Below the pieces are notes generated by a model, which was given only the letters and a program-made list of their open reading frames with translations, was not told the origin of the DNA and made no database searches. The position numbers were made by a program, and so were the translations under genes. This document shows, one piece after another, positions 24,311 through 34,734 of a stretch of DNA of 45,645 nt. The stretch is from Chiloscyllium plagiosum (taxonomy: Eukaryota): the NCBI RefSeq assembly GCF_004010195.1, contig NW_025215348.1, positions 1 through 45,645 of the forward strand, in the 5' to 3' direction. Positions within the stretch are counted from its first letter, which is position 1. Every line of letters begins with the position of its first letter.

Positions 24311-24682
24311 CTAAGGTGACAGCGGAGTAGGGACCCCCGGGCCCAACCATCCCTGCTCCACCCATTTCTTGTCTTCTTTCCTCTCTTTTCTTGTTTTTCC
24401 TTCCTTTCGACTTACCTCTTGGCCTCGGGTGGATGGCATTGTTGTTGACGTAGACCTGGAGGCGAGGTCCCGGAGTGGACTGGATGACCTGCCTGCTCTA
24501 ACCTCTCTGCCTCGAGGGACTGTAAGTCTGAAACCTTTAGTTTGCTATTTTTCTAATTTATTCCTAAGATTTTGCGCTGGGGTAACTTGTTCCTAAGATG
24601 GCACCATAAGTGGCAACGTTTCTCTGTACTCATGTGAGTACATGTGTCAATAACGTTCATTCTAATTCCAGTTCTAATTCTA
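24311..24682 (+). mobile_element. Short non-autonomous retroposon candidate (AAGATGG-type head, pyrimidine tract, stem-loop tail)
   Basis: Head CTAAGGTGACAGCGGAGTAGGGAC; CT-rich tract at 24365-24420; hairpin TGTACTCA-TG-TGAGTACA at 24625-24642; (TTCTAA)n-like end. Confidence 0.6.
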
Positions 24683-24689
24683 ATGCTGA

Positions 24690-25190
24690 TTCTCCTCATA
24701 ATCCTGAATATTGTTTCTATTTAAACAATCATCTGATTCCTTCTTGAATATCTCAATGGAACCTGCCTCCAGCACATTTCCAGATTCTAACTGCTCGCTG
24801 CCTAAAGCTGTTCTGTTCCCAAATCGCATCTGCTTCTTCTGAAAATTACACTTGCTCTTCCCTCTCGTCCTCAATCCTTTTACAAGAGGGAAGTTTCTCC
24901 TTGTCTATTGTCATGAGGAGCTTGGATAGACTGAACAGCCAAGGTCTTTTCCCCAGAGTGGGGGAATCCAAAACTCTGGAGAGCACAGGTTCAATGTGAA
25001 AGGCGAAAGATTTACAAGGGACCTAAGGGGGACCTTTTTCACGCAGAAGGTGGAGAAGCAGGAGGGGACCATTAAGCCCCTTGGGACTGTACAGGGAGTA
25101 CATGGCCGATGTGCGTTCCATGACCTGTCTTGTCTCCATACACTTGAACACCTTTGAAACAAAGTACTTCCTATCTGTGGGGACCTTGCA
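24690..25190. mobile_element. Cluster of three CR1 3' fragments: 24690-24910 (-), 24911-25052 (+), 25053-25190 (-)
   Basis: VLEAGSIEIFKKESD on minus; QGLFPRVGESKT...RDLRGTFFTQKV on plus; GGGGCTTAATGGTCCCCTCCTGCTTC tail and ATCGGCCATG on minus. Confidence 0.7.
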
Positions 25191-25490
25191 GAATGTAGTC
25201 TACAACACAGTAAAAGGTAAAGCTGAAAGAGTGCATCTTTGTTGTATCACCTCCACCGTCAGTCCTTGCGTCCTGAGCACGCTGACCAATGGCACCCTTC
25301 CCACCAACTGTGTCAGACCCACTAATGGCAGGCACCATTTCTTCATCATTCAGCCCACCTTGCCTACAAACCCCCAATGCAGGGTACCGTACTGGACCAA
25401 CACTCACCCCGCAACAACCAGGAGTCACCACTCCCTGCCCTGCACCCCTGGCTGCACTGCCAAAATTGCCTCACTGACAACCAGGATTTA

Positions 25491-26935
25491 TGGGCCCACA
25501 ACAACCAGGAGACCCAGCTCCAGGCCCACAACAACCAGGAGCCCGTGTTACAGACCCACAACAACCAGGTGCCCCTGTTCCAGGCCGACAACAGCCAGGA
25601 GTCCCTGTTCCGGGCCCACAACAACCAGCAGTCCCTGTTCCAGGCCGACAACAGCGAGGAGTCCCTGTTCCGGGCCCACAACAACCAGCAGTCCCTGTTC
25701 CAGGCCCACAACAACCAGGAATCCCTGTTCCAGGCCCACAACAACCAGGAGTCCCTTTTCCAGGCCCACAACAACCAGGAGTCCCTTTTCCAGGCCCACA
25801 ACAACCAGGAGTCCCTGTACCAGGCCCACAACAACCAGGGGTCCCTGTTCCAGGCCAACAACAACCGGGAGTCCCTGTTCCAGGCCCACAACAACCAGAA
25901 AACCCTGTTCCAGGCCGACAACAGCGAGGAGTCCCTGTTCCAGGCCCACAACAACAAGGAGTCCCTGTTCCAGGCCCACAGCAACAAGGAGGCCTTGTCC
26001 CAGGCCCACAACAACCAGAAAACCCTGTACCAGACCCACAACAACCAGGAGTCCCTTTTCCAGGCCCACAACAACCAGGAGTCCCTGTACCAGGCCCATA
26101 ACAACCAGGAGTCCCTGTTCCAGGCCCACAACAACCAGCAGTCCCTGTTCTGCGCCCACAACAACCAGAAAACCCTGTTCCAGGCCCACAACAACCAGAA
26201 AACCCTGTTCCAGGTCCACAACAACCAGGGGTCACTGTTTCAGGCCCACAACAACCAGAAAACCCTGTAGCAGGCCCACAACAAGCAGGGGTCACTGTTC
26301 CAGGCCCACAACAACCAGAAAACCCTGTTCCAGGTCCACAACAACCAGGGGTCACTGTTCCAGGCCCACAACAACCAGGAGTCCCTGTTCCAGGCCCACA
26401 ACAACCAGGGGTCACTGTTCCAGGCACACAACAACCAGAAAACCCTGTTCCAGGCCCACAACAACCAGCGGTCACTGTTCCAGGACAACAACAACCAGGA
26501 GTCCCTGCTCCAGGCCCACGACAACCAGGGGTCACTGTTCCAGGCACACAACAACCAGAAAACCCTGTTCCAGGCCCACAACAACCAGCGGTCACTGTTC
26601 CGGGACAACAACAACCAGGAGTCCCTGCTCCAGGCCCACGACAACCAGGGGTCCCTGTTCCAGCCCACAACAACCAGGGGTCCCTGTTCCAGGCCCACAA
26701 CAACCAGGAGTCCCTGTTCCAGGCCTACAACAACCAGGAGTCCCTGTTCCAGGCCCACAACAGCCAGGAGTCCCTGTTCTGGGCCTACAACAACCAGGAG
26801 TCCCTGTTCCAGGCCTACAACAACCAGGAGTCCCTTTTCTGGGCCTACAACAACCAGGAGTCCCTGGTCCAGGCCCACAATAACCAGGAGACCCTCTTCT
26901 GGACCCACATCAACCAGGAGTCTCTGGCTCCACTG
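25491..26935. repeat. 30-bp minisatellite (VNTR), about 48 units
   Basis: Unit CAGGCCCACAACAACCAGGAGTCCCTGTTC. One 29-bp unit near 26662 shifts the phase. Confidence 0.98.
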
Positions 26936-27264
26936 CCAGACCAGGCCACTGCCTCGCCAGGGGTCTCCCTCAATGCCCTCATTCTCCAACACTGCCAACA
27001 GGAAGAAAATGAAGAGCAAGTAAAGGAAAAGAATCAAGACCAAAAGGGTAAGGAAAGAAGGGAGGAAGCCGCAGTCTGGAGTGGACGGGCTCAGGAGCCC
27101 AAAATAAATGCCTAGCCTTGCCGGCTCCGCCATCTTGAATGTTGATGACCAGAATGGGAATGGAGGCAACATGGAACAGACAGCAGGCTATGGGGTGGGA
27201 GTAGAATGGGGGCTGGCTCAAAGGGCCGAATGGCCTACTCCTGCTCCTAATTTCTAGGGGAATA

Positions 27265-27680
27265 GAATATATAGAACAGTACAGCACCGTACAGGTCCTT
27301 CGGCCCACATTGTTGTGTCGAGTATTTATCTTACTCTAAGATCAGGCTAACCTACACACCCCTCAATTTACTGCTGTCAATGTGCTTGTCTAGCAGTCGC
27401 TTAAATGTCCCTAATGTCTCTGACTCTACTATCAATGCTGGCAGTACATTCCACACACCCACCACTCTCTGCATAAAGAACCTACCTCTGACATCTCCCC
27501 TCTACCTTCCTCCAATCACCTTAAAATTTTGACCCCCTCCTGACAGCCATTTCTGCCCTGGGGAAAAGTCTCTGGCTATCTACTGTATCTATACCTCTCA
27601 TTACCTTGTACATATCTATCAAGTTGCCTCTCTTCCTTTCTGTCTCCAGTGTGAAAAGCCCGAGCTCACCCAACCTCGCA
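27265..27680 (-). mobile_element. CR1 3' end (TAGAACA-tail subfamily)
   Basis: TAGAACAGTACAGCACCGTACAGG tail and reverse-complement CR1 C-terminal motifs (VVGVWNVLP). Confidence 0.85.
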
Positions 27681-28589
27681 ATACGGGAAGAATGCTTGAG
27701 CGTTTAGCAGGTGCTGTCCTTTCATGCTGAGTACATCCAAGAATCCTAAGAAATGGACGCCAACGGGAAGCGCGTGACTGAAGCCGGGGATCAGTGAGAT
27801 TGTTGGGGAGGAGGGAATCCCTCTGGGAGTATCATGAACATGGAGCGAAACGCAGGACCTTGTGGAGCTCTGCCCAAAGACTGCTTCCTCTTTCCGTAGG
27901 CTTTCACGCTTCCGGCTGGAATGGGCTTCCTGCCCAACTGGAAGCCGACGGGGGCCTGTTGGGATCTCTAGGCCGGAGTATCCCCTCATTGGAGCTGACA
28001 AACTCCAGAACTCAACGCTGGGAATGTTACTGCCACAAAGGTTAAGAGACCTGGGAGTAATCCGCGGCGAAAAAGGGTTAGCTCAGGAAATATAAATAAA
28101 AAAAACACAGCCGGGCTGTAGGAATGTAAACAGATGGCAGGGCATCAGCTGTTTCACTGGTGGACATCTGATAAATTTGGATGTTTAGACAGCTGGTCGG
28201 AAAGCAGACTACCAGGAATGTACACAGTTGCGCTGACAGCTGGTATCCAGGTTTTGGTAGCAATGTTTGTTATCCAGACCATACAGTTCACAGGCAAGAA
28301 GGTAACCAGGGTTACAAGGTGTGCCCAAGGACTGAGCGTTATTCTAAGCATAGGAAAAGAATGTATCGCATTGACAAGCTGAGACGGACCATTAGTTTAC
28401 TGATACCAGGGCAATGCCTCAGATCATTTGCACGACAATCTAACGCTGGGATATGAGGGATCGGGGTGTACACATAGATAAATTATTGATGGTTGCACAA
28501 CAGGTTTCAGAGAGCAGGTAACACAGCCTGCAGCATTCCAGGACTTTATTCACAGAGGGACCAAGTAAGGAAGGCACCAGACCTACCGA

Positions 28590-28715
28590 GGGAGATGGAG
28601 GTTTAACCGGAGTCTCAGGCGAGGGGGGAGAGGTTGAGAAGGAGGATCCTTCGTGGTGACCTCAGCCGGTGAGGGGATTGTTGGGCATCACTAGCAAACC
28701 ATCCAGCGAACTGAG
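28590..28715 (-). mobile_element. SINE family C
   Basis: CTCAGGCGAGGGGGAGAGGTTGAGAAGGAG...CCTTCGTGGTGACCTCAGCCGG. Confidence 0.7.
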
Positions 28716-28882
28716 GCCCAGGTACAAACGTACCGGAGCAAGGAGGTTAGGCCGAGCATGTTAATTTGGCCTCAGCTCGTGTACTGTTGTACAGTTCTGG
28801 GTACGACATTTTTGGAAAGATGTGCATTCGGAGAGACTGGCTCCAGCAATGTGGAAGTTCAGTGGGTGTAGATAACAATGTG

Positions 28883-29168
28883 GGGTGCCACAGTGGTTAG
28901 CATTGCTACCTCAAAGCGCCAGGGACCCGGGATTGATTCCAGCCTTTGTGTCCGTGTGGAGTACGCATGTTCTCCCTCTGTTTGTGTGAGTTTCCTCCCA
29001 CAGTCCAAAAAAAGGTTGGCCATTGTAAATTGCCCCATAGTGTCCAGGTAAGCTGGGTTAGCCATGGGAAAATGCAGGGATGAGGTGAGGCTGGGCAGGA
29101 TGGTCTTTGGAGGGTCGGTGTGGATTTGATGGGCTGAATGGCCTGTTCCATACTGTAGGGATTCTCTG
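28883..29168 (+). mobile_element. HE1-like V-SINE (older copy)
   Basis: A box, partial V-domain and CR1-like tail. Confidence 0.85.
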
Positions 29169-29389
29169 ATTGGAGAGGATGGGACTGTCCTCCTTCTACA
29201 AGAGGAGGCTGAGAGGGGATTTGATTGGGGTTTTCAAAGGTATTAAATGATGGCGCACATAGGGCGAAAAAGTTTCCACTACTGAAAGGGTTAAGGGTGG
29301 GAGGGATTGAAAGAAACTAGGAAAAGGAGGAGGAATGATTTAAGGAGAAACATTCTCATAGAGTGTGCAGTTTGGGTCCTGGAGTTCCT

Positions 29390-30010
29390 TGGCCCAGTGT
29401 GTGAGTTGGGTTCTAGTGCGGCCTGGCCCAGTGTGTGGGTCGGGCTGTGGAGCGGCCTGGCCCAGTGTGTGAGTCGGGTTCTAGTGCGGCCTGGCCCAGT
29501 GTGTGAGTTGGGTTCTAGTGCGGCCTGGCCCACTGTGTAGGTCGGACTGTGGAGCGGCCTGGCCCAGTGTGTGGGTCGGACTGTGGAGCGGCCTGGCCCA
29601 GTGTGTGGGTCGGGCTGTGGTGCGGCCTGGCCCAGTGTGTGGGTCGGGCTGTGGTGCGGCCTGGCCCAGTGTGTGGGTTGGGTTCTGGTGCGGCCTGGCC
29701 CAGTGTGTGGGTCGGACTGTGGTGCGGCCTGGTCTAGTCTATGGGTTGGGTTCTGGTGCGGCCTGGCATAGTCTCTGGGTCGGGTTCTTGTGCGGCCTGG
29801 GCCCAGTGTGTGGGTTGGGTTCTGGTGCGGCCTGGCCCAGTGTGTGGGTCGGACTGTGGAGCGGCCTGGCCCAGTGTGTGGGTCGGGTTCTGGTGCGACC
29901 TGGGCCCAGTGTGTGGGTCGGGTTCTGGTGCGGCCTGGCCCAGTGTGTGGGTCGGACTGTGGTGCGGCCTGGGCCCAGTGTGTGGGTCGGGTTCTGGTGC
30001 AGCCTGGCTG
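29390..30010. repeat. 34-bp minisatellite, about 18 units
   Basis: Unit GGCCTGGCCCAGTGTGTGGGTCGGGTTCTGGTGC with alternating GGACTGTGG variants. Confidence 0.97.
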
Positions 30011-30854
30011 GATCTGTGGTGGAGGCAGGTTTTCAAGGGTCCATTTGAAAAGGCAGTGGTGTCGGTGGTCACAGGGAGAAGTGCACCGCATGAGCTAGTC
30101 AACTGGAGAGCCAGTGAGAGGGCTGAATGGCCTACTTCAATGCTTGCATCTTTATAACCTGAAATGAGGATGAACCAACACTGAGAATAAACCCACAATT
30201 TAATTCCGACACCCTTCCAGGAAGAGTGTCTGGGTCTCCCCTTGCTGTGCCATGCCAGACTAAGACTTGCTTTTTCACATCAATGTCAGCTTATCGATTT
30301 ATTTAAAGCTCACCTTTTATTCATAATGACTCCTAAATTATTCACCTCTTTTAAAATGCATATTTTCATAAAAAGCTTTTCGGTCCAATGTAAAATAACT
30401 ACTCACTGTGTTGTTGCCTCATTCCCATCCACCTGTCATACAACCTGCTGATGAAGCTTATATTTATTTTAAAGCAGTTTTATGTAACATGGACCATTGA
30501 TTTCTTGAGGTCAAATGTTCCATCTTGGTAAAGATTTTTTTTGTCCGATACATGCAGGGAGTAATATTTCTCGCGGTTCACTTTTTGACTTTGTTTGTAC
30601 CCTTGGCTTCTGCTGGACAATTGTGTACATTTCCATAACACCTCTACAATACCAAAGAGCTTCACAGTAGCATTAGCAAACAAAGTTTCACCACATAAAG
30701 AGACATCGCTGCAGACGACCCAAGGGGTCGGATTATTAAGGATGATGTGAAGAGACAGAGGTGGAAAGACTTCGAGCAGCATTCCCAGAGTTATGTCCTC
30801 CTTCAGTTTTCTTTCGATTGTATCTTGTACCCCAGAGGCGCTGGGCACATTTTT

Positions 30855-31455
30855 ACATTCGCTCACGGGATGTGGGAGTTGCTGGCTGGCCCAACATTTA
30901 TTTTCCTCTCTTGTTGCCCCTTGAGATGCTGCTGGTGAGCTGTCTTCTTGAACCAGTGCAGACCATGTGCCGTAGGTAGACCCACAATGCCATTCGGGAA
31001 GGTGTTCCAGGATTTTGACCCAGTCACAGTAGAACAGCGCGGATGATTGAGTGGCTCAGAGGGGAACTTGGAAGGGGGTATCTGCTGCCCTTGTATTTCG
31101 AGGCGGAAATGGTTGTGGCTTTGGAAGGTGCTGTCTGAGGACCTTTGGTGAACTTCTGCAGTTCATCTTGTAGATAATAGACACTGCTGCTACTGAGTGT
31201 CGGTGGTGGAGGGAGTGGATACTTGTGAATGTGGTGCCAAACAAGGAGGCTGCTTCATCCTGGGAGATGTCAAATTTTGGGTATGGACCGCTCCAGTATC
31301 TGAAGAGTTGCTAATGCTGCTGAACATTGTGCAGTCATCGGTGAACATTCTGACCTTACGATGGAGGGAAGGTCAGTGATGAAGCAGCTGAAAATGGTTG
31401 GGTCTGGAACAGTACCCTGAGGGAACTCCTGCAGAGATGTCCTGGCCCCATTCTG
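30855..31455 (-). mobile_element. Second, divergent CR1-clade LINE family: RT remnant and 3' end
   Basis: FPQGTVPDPTIFSCFITDLPSIVRSE and IHSLHHRHSVAAVSIIYKM..RSSPKVLRQHLP. Tail AATAAATGTTGGGCCAGCCAGC...CACATCCCGTGA. Confidence 0.8.
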
Positions 31456-31714
31456 ATGGCTGCCATTCAGATATAGAGATTGGAAGTCATTTTCCTTTGA
31501 TTTATCTCTGACATGAAGACAATTGTAATCATCCCAAGCCGAAATCAAACTGTGTGCAGACCCGGAACTTATCTTAAAACACCAGGTACATTTTTGGAAC
31601 CGTTAAACAGATGTCACCATCTCAGTTTACCTCTTGTCGTTCTGCGACTTGTTCTCTCACAACTGGGAAAACTTTAATTTCAATTAACCTTTAGCATCTG
31701 AACTGAGAGGGTCT

Positions 31715-32055
31715 TTTTTTATTCATTCACAGGCTGTGGGTGTGGCTGGCTGGGCCAGTATTAATTAGACACCCTTAATTGCCCAGAATGAACTTGCTGC
31801 AGGTCTGGAGTCGCATGTCATAGAGTCACAGAGATGTACGGCCCAACTCGTCCATGCCGACCGGATATCCGAAATGAATCTAGTCCCATTTGCCAGCACT
31901 TGGCCCATATCCCTCTAAACCATTCCTATTCATGTACCCATCCAGATACCCTTTAAATGTTGTAATTGTACCAGCCTACACCACTTCCTCTGGCAGCTCA
32001 TTCCATACACATACCACCCTCTGTGTGAAAACGTTCCTCCTTAGGTCTCTTTTAA
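31715..32055 (-). mobile_element. SINE family B tail (31715-31815) followed by a CR1 3' end (31818-32055)
   Basis: ATTCATTCACAGGCTGTGGGTGTGGCTGGCTGGGCCAG; KRDLRRNVFTQRVVCVWNELPEEVV. Confidence 0.85.
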
Positions 32056-32244
32056 TGTCAGTCAGATCAGAGGATGGCGGTTTCCTCCCATAAGGGGCAT
32101 GAGTGAACCAGATTTCTGCATGCGACAGAGCCAGTCTCCAATGTGCTGCTGAAGACACAAAATGGGTCCACACAGTTGGATCCAAAGTTCAAATACTCTA
32201 TTCTTCAAAACACTTCAAAATCCCAAGGAATCTTAAAGGTAGAC

Positions 32245-33365
32245 AAGCAGGAGGCTGGGGGAACACAGCAAGGCAGGCAGCATCAGGAGGGACAGGCAGG
32301 AGGCTGGGGGACAACAGCAAGGCAGGCAGCATCAGAAGGGACAGGCAGGAGGCGGCAGGAGGCTGGGGAACACAGCAAGGCAGGCAGCATCAGAAGGGAC
32401 AGGCAGGAGGCTGGGGGGACACAGCAAGCCAGGCAGCATCAGGAGGGACAGGCAGGAGGCTAGGAGAACACAGCAAGCCAGGCAGCATCAGGAGGGATGG
32501 GCAGGAGGCCGGGGGAACACAGCAAGGCAGGCAGCATCAGGAGGGACAGGCAGGAGGCTGGGAGAACACAGCAAGCCAGGCAGCATCAGGAGGGACAGGC
32601 AGGAGGCTGGGGGAACACAGCAAGCCAGGCAGCATCAGGAGGGACAGGCAGGAGGCAGGAAGAACACAGCAAGCCAGGCAGCATCAGGAGGGACAGGCAG
32701 GAGGCAGGAAGAACACAGCAAGCCAGGCAGCATCAGGAGGGACAGGCAGGAGGCAGGAAGAACACAGCAAGCCAGGCAGCATCAGGAGGGACAGGCAGGA
32801 GGCAGGAAGAACACAGCAAGCCAGGCAGCATCAGGAGGGACAGGCAGGAGGCAGGAAGAACACAGCAAGCCAGGCAGCATCAGGAGGGACAGGCAGGAGG
32901 CAGGAAGAACACAGCAAGCCAGGCAGCATCAGGAGGGACAGGCAGGAGGCAGGAAGAACACAGCAAGCCAGGCAGCATCAGGAGGGACAGGCAGGAGGCA
33001 GGAAGAACACAGCAAGCCAGGCAGCATCAGGAGGGACAGGCAGGAGGCAGGAAGAACACAGCAAGCCAGGCAGCATCAGGAGGGACAGGCAGGAGGCAGG
33101 AAGAACACAGCAAGCCAGGCAGCATCAGGAGGGACAGGCAGGAGGCAGGAAGAACACAGCAAGCCAGGCAGCATCAGGAGGGACAGGCAGGAGGCAGGAA
33201 GAACACAGCAAGCCAGGCAGCATCAGGAGGGACAGGCAGGAGGCAGGAAGAACACAGCAAGCCAGGCAGCATCAGGAGGGACAGGCAGGAGGCAGGAAGA
33301 ACACAGCAAGCCAGGCAGCATCAGGAGGGACAGGCAGGAGGCAGGAAGAACACAGCAAGCCAGGC
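32245..33365. repeat. 49-bp minisatellite, about 23 units
   Basis: Unit GGGACAGGCAGGAGGCAGGAAGAACACAGCAAGCCAGGCAGCATCAGGA; the last ~15 units are identical. Confidence 0.98.
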
Positions 33366-34377
33366 CAGGGCGAGGGGAGGGGAGGGCGGGTGGTGAGGTA
33401 GGGAATAGGTAAACACAGGCAGGTCAGAACACAGGTAAATCTCAAAGTTTAATGTTCTGTGACAGTGTAAAAGACCTGAAAGGAAGTCAAACTGGGGCCT
33501 CGCTATCTGTGGCACAGAGTCAGGGTCTGTCCCGGTCAGTGTAATCGCCACATCATAAAAAAGGCAGCAATGTTCCTCAATGTAGTTCTTTATTTTATCA
33601 GTGCAGTCAGCACACAAACCAAATTCTCCGGCAATCAGAAATAAGCTCTTACTATAGACTAAAGATCCGGATTTGTCCTTTTATTTTCCCTGCGCGATTG
33701 ATAAAGAACACAGTGATTGCAGCACATTCCTGTTTAGTAATCAGCATCTCGCTCGTATTTAGATTCATGTCACTGTATGAGAGTTTTCCAAAATCTGGTT
33801 GGAACACAGTGAAGTTAGTCGCTCCCGTTAGATTCCAGCTCCTGCCACATAAAGGCCATTTTGTTTATTTGGATCAGGAAGGATGTGGCAGTACGACGGG
33901 GGATGTCTTGAATAACTGGCATTCAATAGCTGCCAAACTCCAATCACAGCCCGATGCAATGAATGAAAGCGAGCCCAGGTTACAATGACGTCAGCTTCCT
34001 GTGAGCCATATAGTGGGGTTGTTACACTGTGAAAATCAGTGACCTCCTGGGCTCTGCAGTCCTAGGATAAGCAAGTGGTACTATCTCACCCAAGATTATT
34101 GGAATGAGTGTGACAGACATCTTTGATCAGGAGTTTTGGATCACTTTAGCCCGTGGAAGCAATAACACAATTGGTCCATTGTGTTTAGCAGCATGCGGTC
34201 ACCAACTGACAAACTGTTGGTGATTATATCATCGTCTGTGAAGCAACTCTGTACATGAGATTGAGGATTGAGAATGCACTATTGAATGGAATTACTTTTA
34301 TAGTCACGTGTACTCACATGAACATAGTGAAAAATTTACAAGCATGATCTGATCTTTTGTCTTTCCAGATCAGCGGA

Positions 34378-34580
34378 CATGATTCGGAGATGTCGGTGTT
34401 GGACTGGGGTGGACAAAGTTAAAAATCGCACAACACCAGGTTATAGTCCAACAGGTTTAATTGGAAGCACACGAGCTTTCAGATCGACGCTCCTTCATCA
34501 GATGATTGTGGGAATCAGGTCACAATCACCTGATGAAGGAGCGTCGCTCCGAAAGCTAGTGTGCTTCCAATTAAACCTGT
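34378..34580. mobile_element. PLE family 2 inverted-repeat insertion with a hammerhead core on each strand
   Basis: TSD CAGATCAGCGGA (34366) / CAGATCAGTGGA (34581). Inverted arms ACAGGTTTAATTGGAAGCACAC / GTGTGCTTCCAATTAAACCTGT. Confidence 0.85.
34527..34561 (+). ncRNA. Minimal hammerhead ribozyme (PLE family 2), best-preserved copy
   Basis: CAC-CUGAUGA-A-GGAGC-GUC-GCUCC-GAAA-GC-UA-GUG: stem I CAC/GUG, 5-bp stem II, palindromic AGCU at stem III. Confidence 0.7.
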
Positions 34581-34734
34581 CAGATCAGTGGAGGTATTTG
34601 AGAAAAAAGGCTTCATAATTAACTTGGTAGAAATAAGCACCAGTTTTGGGTTTGTATGTCTACCTGGACTATATAGATTGAATGACACATTTTTAAACTT
34701 GTTAAATTCCTTCCATTCATTTATCACTATCAGG

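Larger units (their letters stand above)
28150..30150 (+). mobile_element. Old CR1 LINE (RT to 3' end) interrupted by two SINEs and a 34-bp minisatellite
   Basis: [43 protein letters not shown]; tail GGGCTGAATGGCCTACTTC. Confidence 0.7.

Noticed and set aside
25081..26883. 600-aa ORF and overlapping PGPQQPGVPV / mucin-like / Cys-rich ORFs as a host gene
   Set aside because: Nearly all frames on both strands are open because the 30-bp unit lacks stops. The apparently globular N-terminus is antisense to a CR1 3' end (25053-25190). The Pro/Gln frame has stops and a frameshift.
26240..27172. Minus-strand ORF with a transmembrane-like segment
   Set aside because: The hydrophobic run is simply the translated pyrimidine tract, and the rest is VNTR.
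30480..30866. 128-aa minus-strand ORF in unique sequence
   Set aside because: It has no recognisable domain or splice context and starts inside a LINE tail, which is consistent with chance.
25491..33365. Tandem arrays as CRISPR arrays
   Set aside because: The units are contiguous with no unique spacers, there are no cas genes, and the context is vertebrate.
32103..33401. 432-aa and 299-aa repetitive ORFs
   Set aside because: The unit is 49 bp (not a multiple of 3) and T-poor, so stop codons are absent by composition.
34347..34600. Strong-looking splice acceptor TCTTTTGTCTTTCCAG at the PLE target site
   Set aside because: It is followed by TE sequence. In the reconstructed empty site only a 10-nt segment and a weak GTATTT donor follow, so there is no support for an exon.
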